A DNA stretch of 63,252 nt, counting the filler, from Chrysochromulina tobinii (taxonomy: Eukaryota): NCBI GenBank assembly GCA_001275005.1. It is 5 parts of 5 records of this genome, joined end to end, with 100 filler letters (N's around TTAATTAATTAA, not from the genome) between each part and the next. Parts side by side here need not be neighbours in the genome. Positions count along the whole stretch, not along the records: positions 50,138 to 63,252 come from JWZX01000430.1; 4 more parts are not named here. One strand, written 5' to 3'. The stretch's first letter is position 1. Each line of letters begins with the position of its first letter. Shown here in pieces: positions 62,652 to 63,252 of the stretch. The notes under the pieces were generated by a model. The model ran no database searches and was not told where the DNA came from. It saw nothing but the letters and a program-made list of their open reading frames with translations. A program made the translations under genes and the position numbers.

Positions 62652-63252
62652 CGAGGCTGCGATCACTCCTCAAGAGGCACTCCTCCAAGAGGCACTGCGA
62701 CCACAGCTGAATCCTATCAATTAGAATCCTAGGATGCTAGGAACCTACAAGTATGCAGACAAAGTGATTGCATGCAAAACAGACATCAAGCAAGCCAAGA
62801 GAAACGTAGGGCGACCAACGGACTACCCGTCGGGACCATTGGGACTCGGAAAAAAGTGTGGGATTAACATCGATCCTCATGTATACGGCGCCGTTAATAG
62901 TAAGTAAGTAAGTAAGTAAAACACGCCTAACGGCAGCGTACACGTGGCGAGAGGGATACCCCCAGGCATACTAAGCGTGTACGGTGGTATTGGTCAACAG
63001 CCAAGTGCCGGGACTGAACACTGATGAAAGCCATCAGGGGCCGGGGGGCTTCTTACATCAGTCGACGCTCGACCTCGAGGAACCTTTCGACCTCAGCGGA
63101 AAACCACGGTTCCGATGATCCGATCTCTCTAGTGAGATATCGAAGCGCGGCTCTCTTGTTCCCGGAGGCCTTGGGCTCTCGATTTCGCAGCTGTTCGATC
63201 CACTGCTGTTCTCCCCGTTCTCTTTCCTGCCGCTGTAGAGCCGCTTGTCGTC

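Noticed and set aside
63020..63062. CTGATGA-containing hairpin as a hammerhead ribozyme
   Set aside because: It forms a simple stem (ACTGATG/CATCAGT) but lacks a correctly placed stem II-GAAA-stem III core.
1..63252. tRNA, rRNA or snRNA genes (including U7 near LSm10)
   Set aside because: None recognisable by eye; a covariance-model search would be needed to exclude them.

Overview
Eukaryotic, very GC-rich, intron-containing DNA, not prokaryotic. It is most consistent with a haptophyte/Chrysochromulina-like alga (inference from GC-AG introns, low-complexity Ala-rich proteins and gene families). The window is five unrelated contigs (1-8493, 8594-27684, 27785-39311, 39412-50037, 50138-63252) joined by artificial 100-nt linkers (44N-TTAATTAATTAA-44N), so adjacency across linkers is meaningless. 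Recognisable genes: RING-HC/RGG protein (missed by the ORF track), GARP-Myb-tailed protein, LSm10-like, RMC1/Mic1, ankyrin proteins, TLC-domain, ARM/IQ/EF-hand, filamin-repeat, a secretory kinase-like/RCC1-like/sulfotransferase-like locus, macrodomain, cullin-1, UvrD/Srs2 helicase, truncated CAP-D3, SHIPPO-repeat, CNBD, EXPERA, TVP15, SLC35F and a probably inactive GH5. The most striking signal is intron architecture. About 20 introns are built from (i) variable-length (4-56 nt) duplications of the flanking exon, which supply one splice site, plus (ii) stereotyped cassettes shared between genes and contigs. The cassettes are 10-nt-periodic CTGAT branch-point-like repeats ending CCTCATCAG; ...GCAAGTGCTCACC...CCTCTCCCCACAG; GTGCGATCTCCCTTGATTG; and CCTAATWWGGCAG. 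Units are often stacked repeatedly at one site with a divergence gradient. This looks like an active, iterative, introner-like or repair-coupled intron-generating system. All splice models and domain calls are manual readings without RNA or database support.
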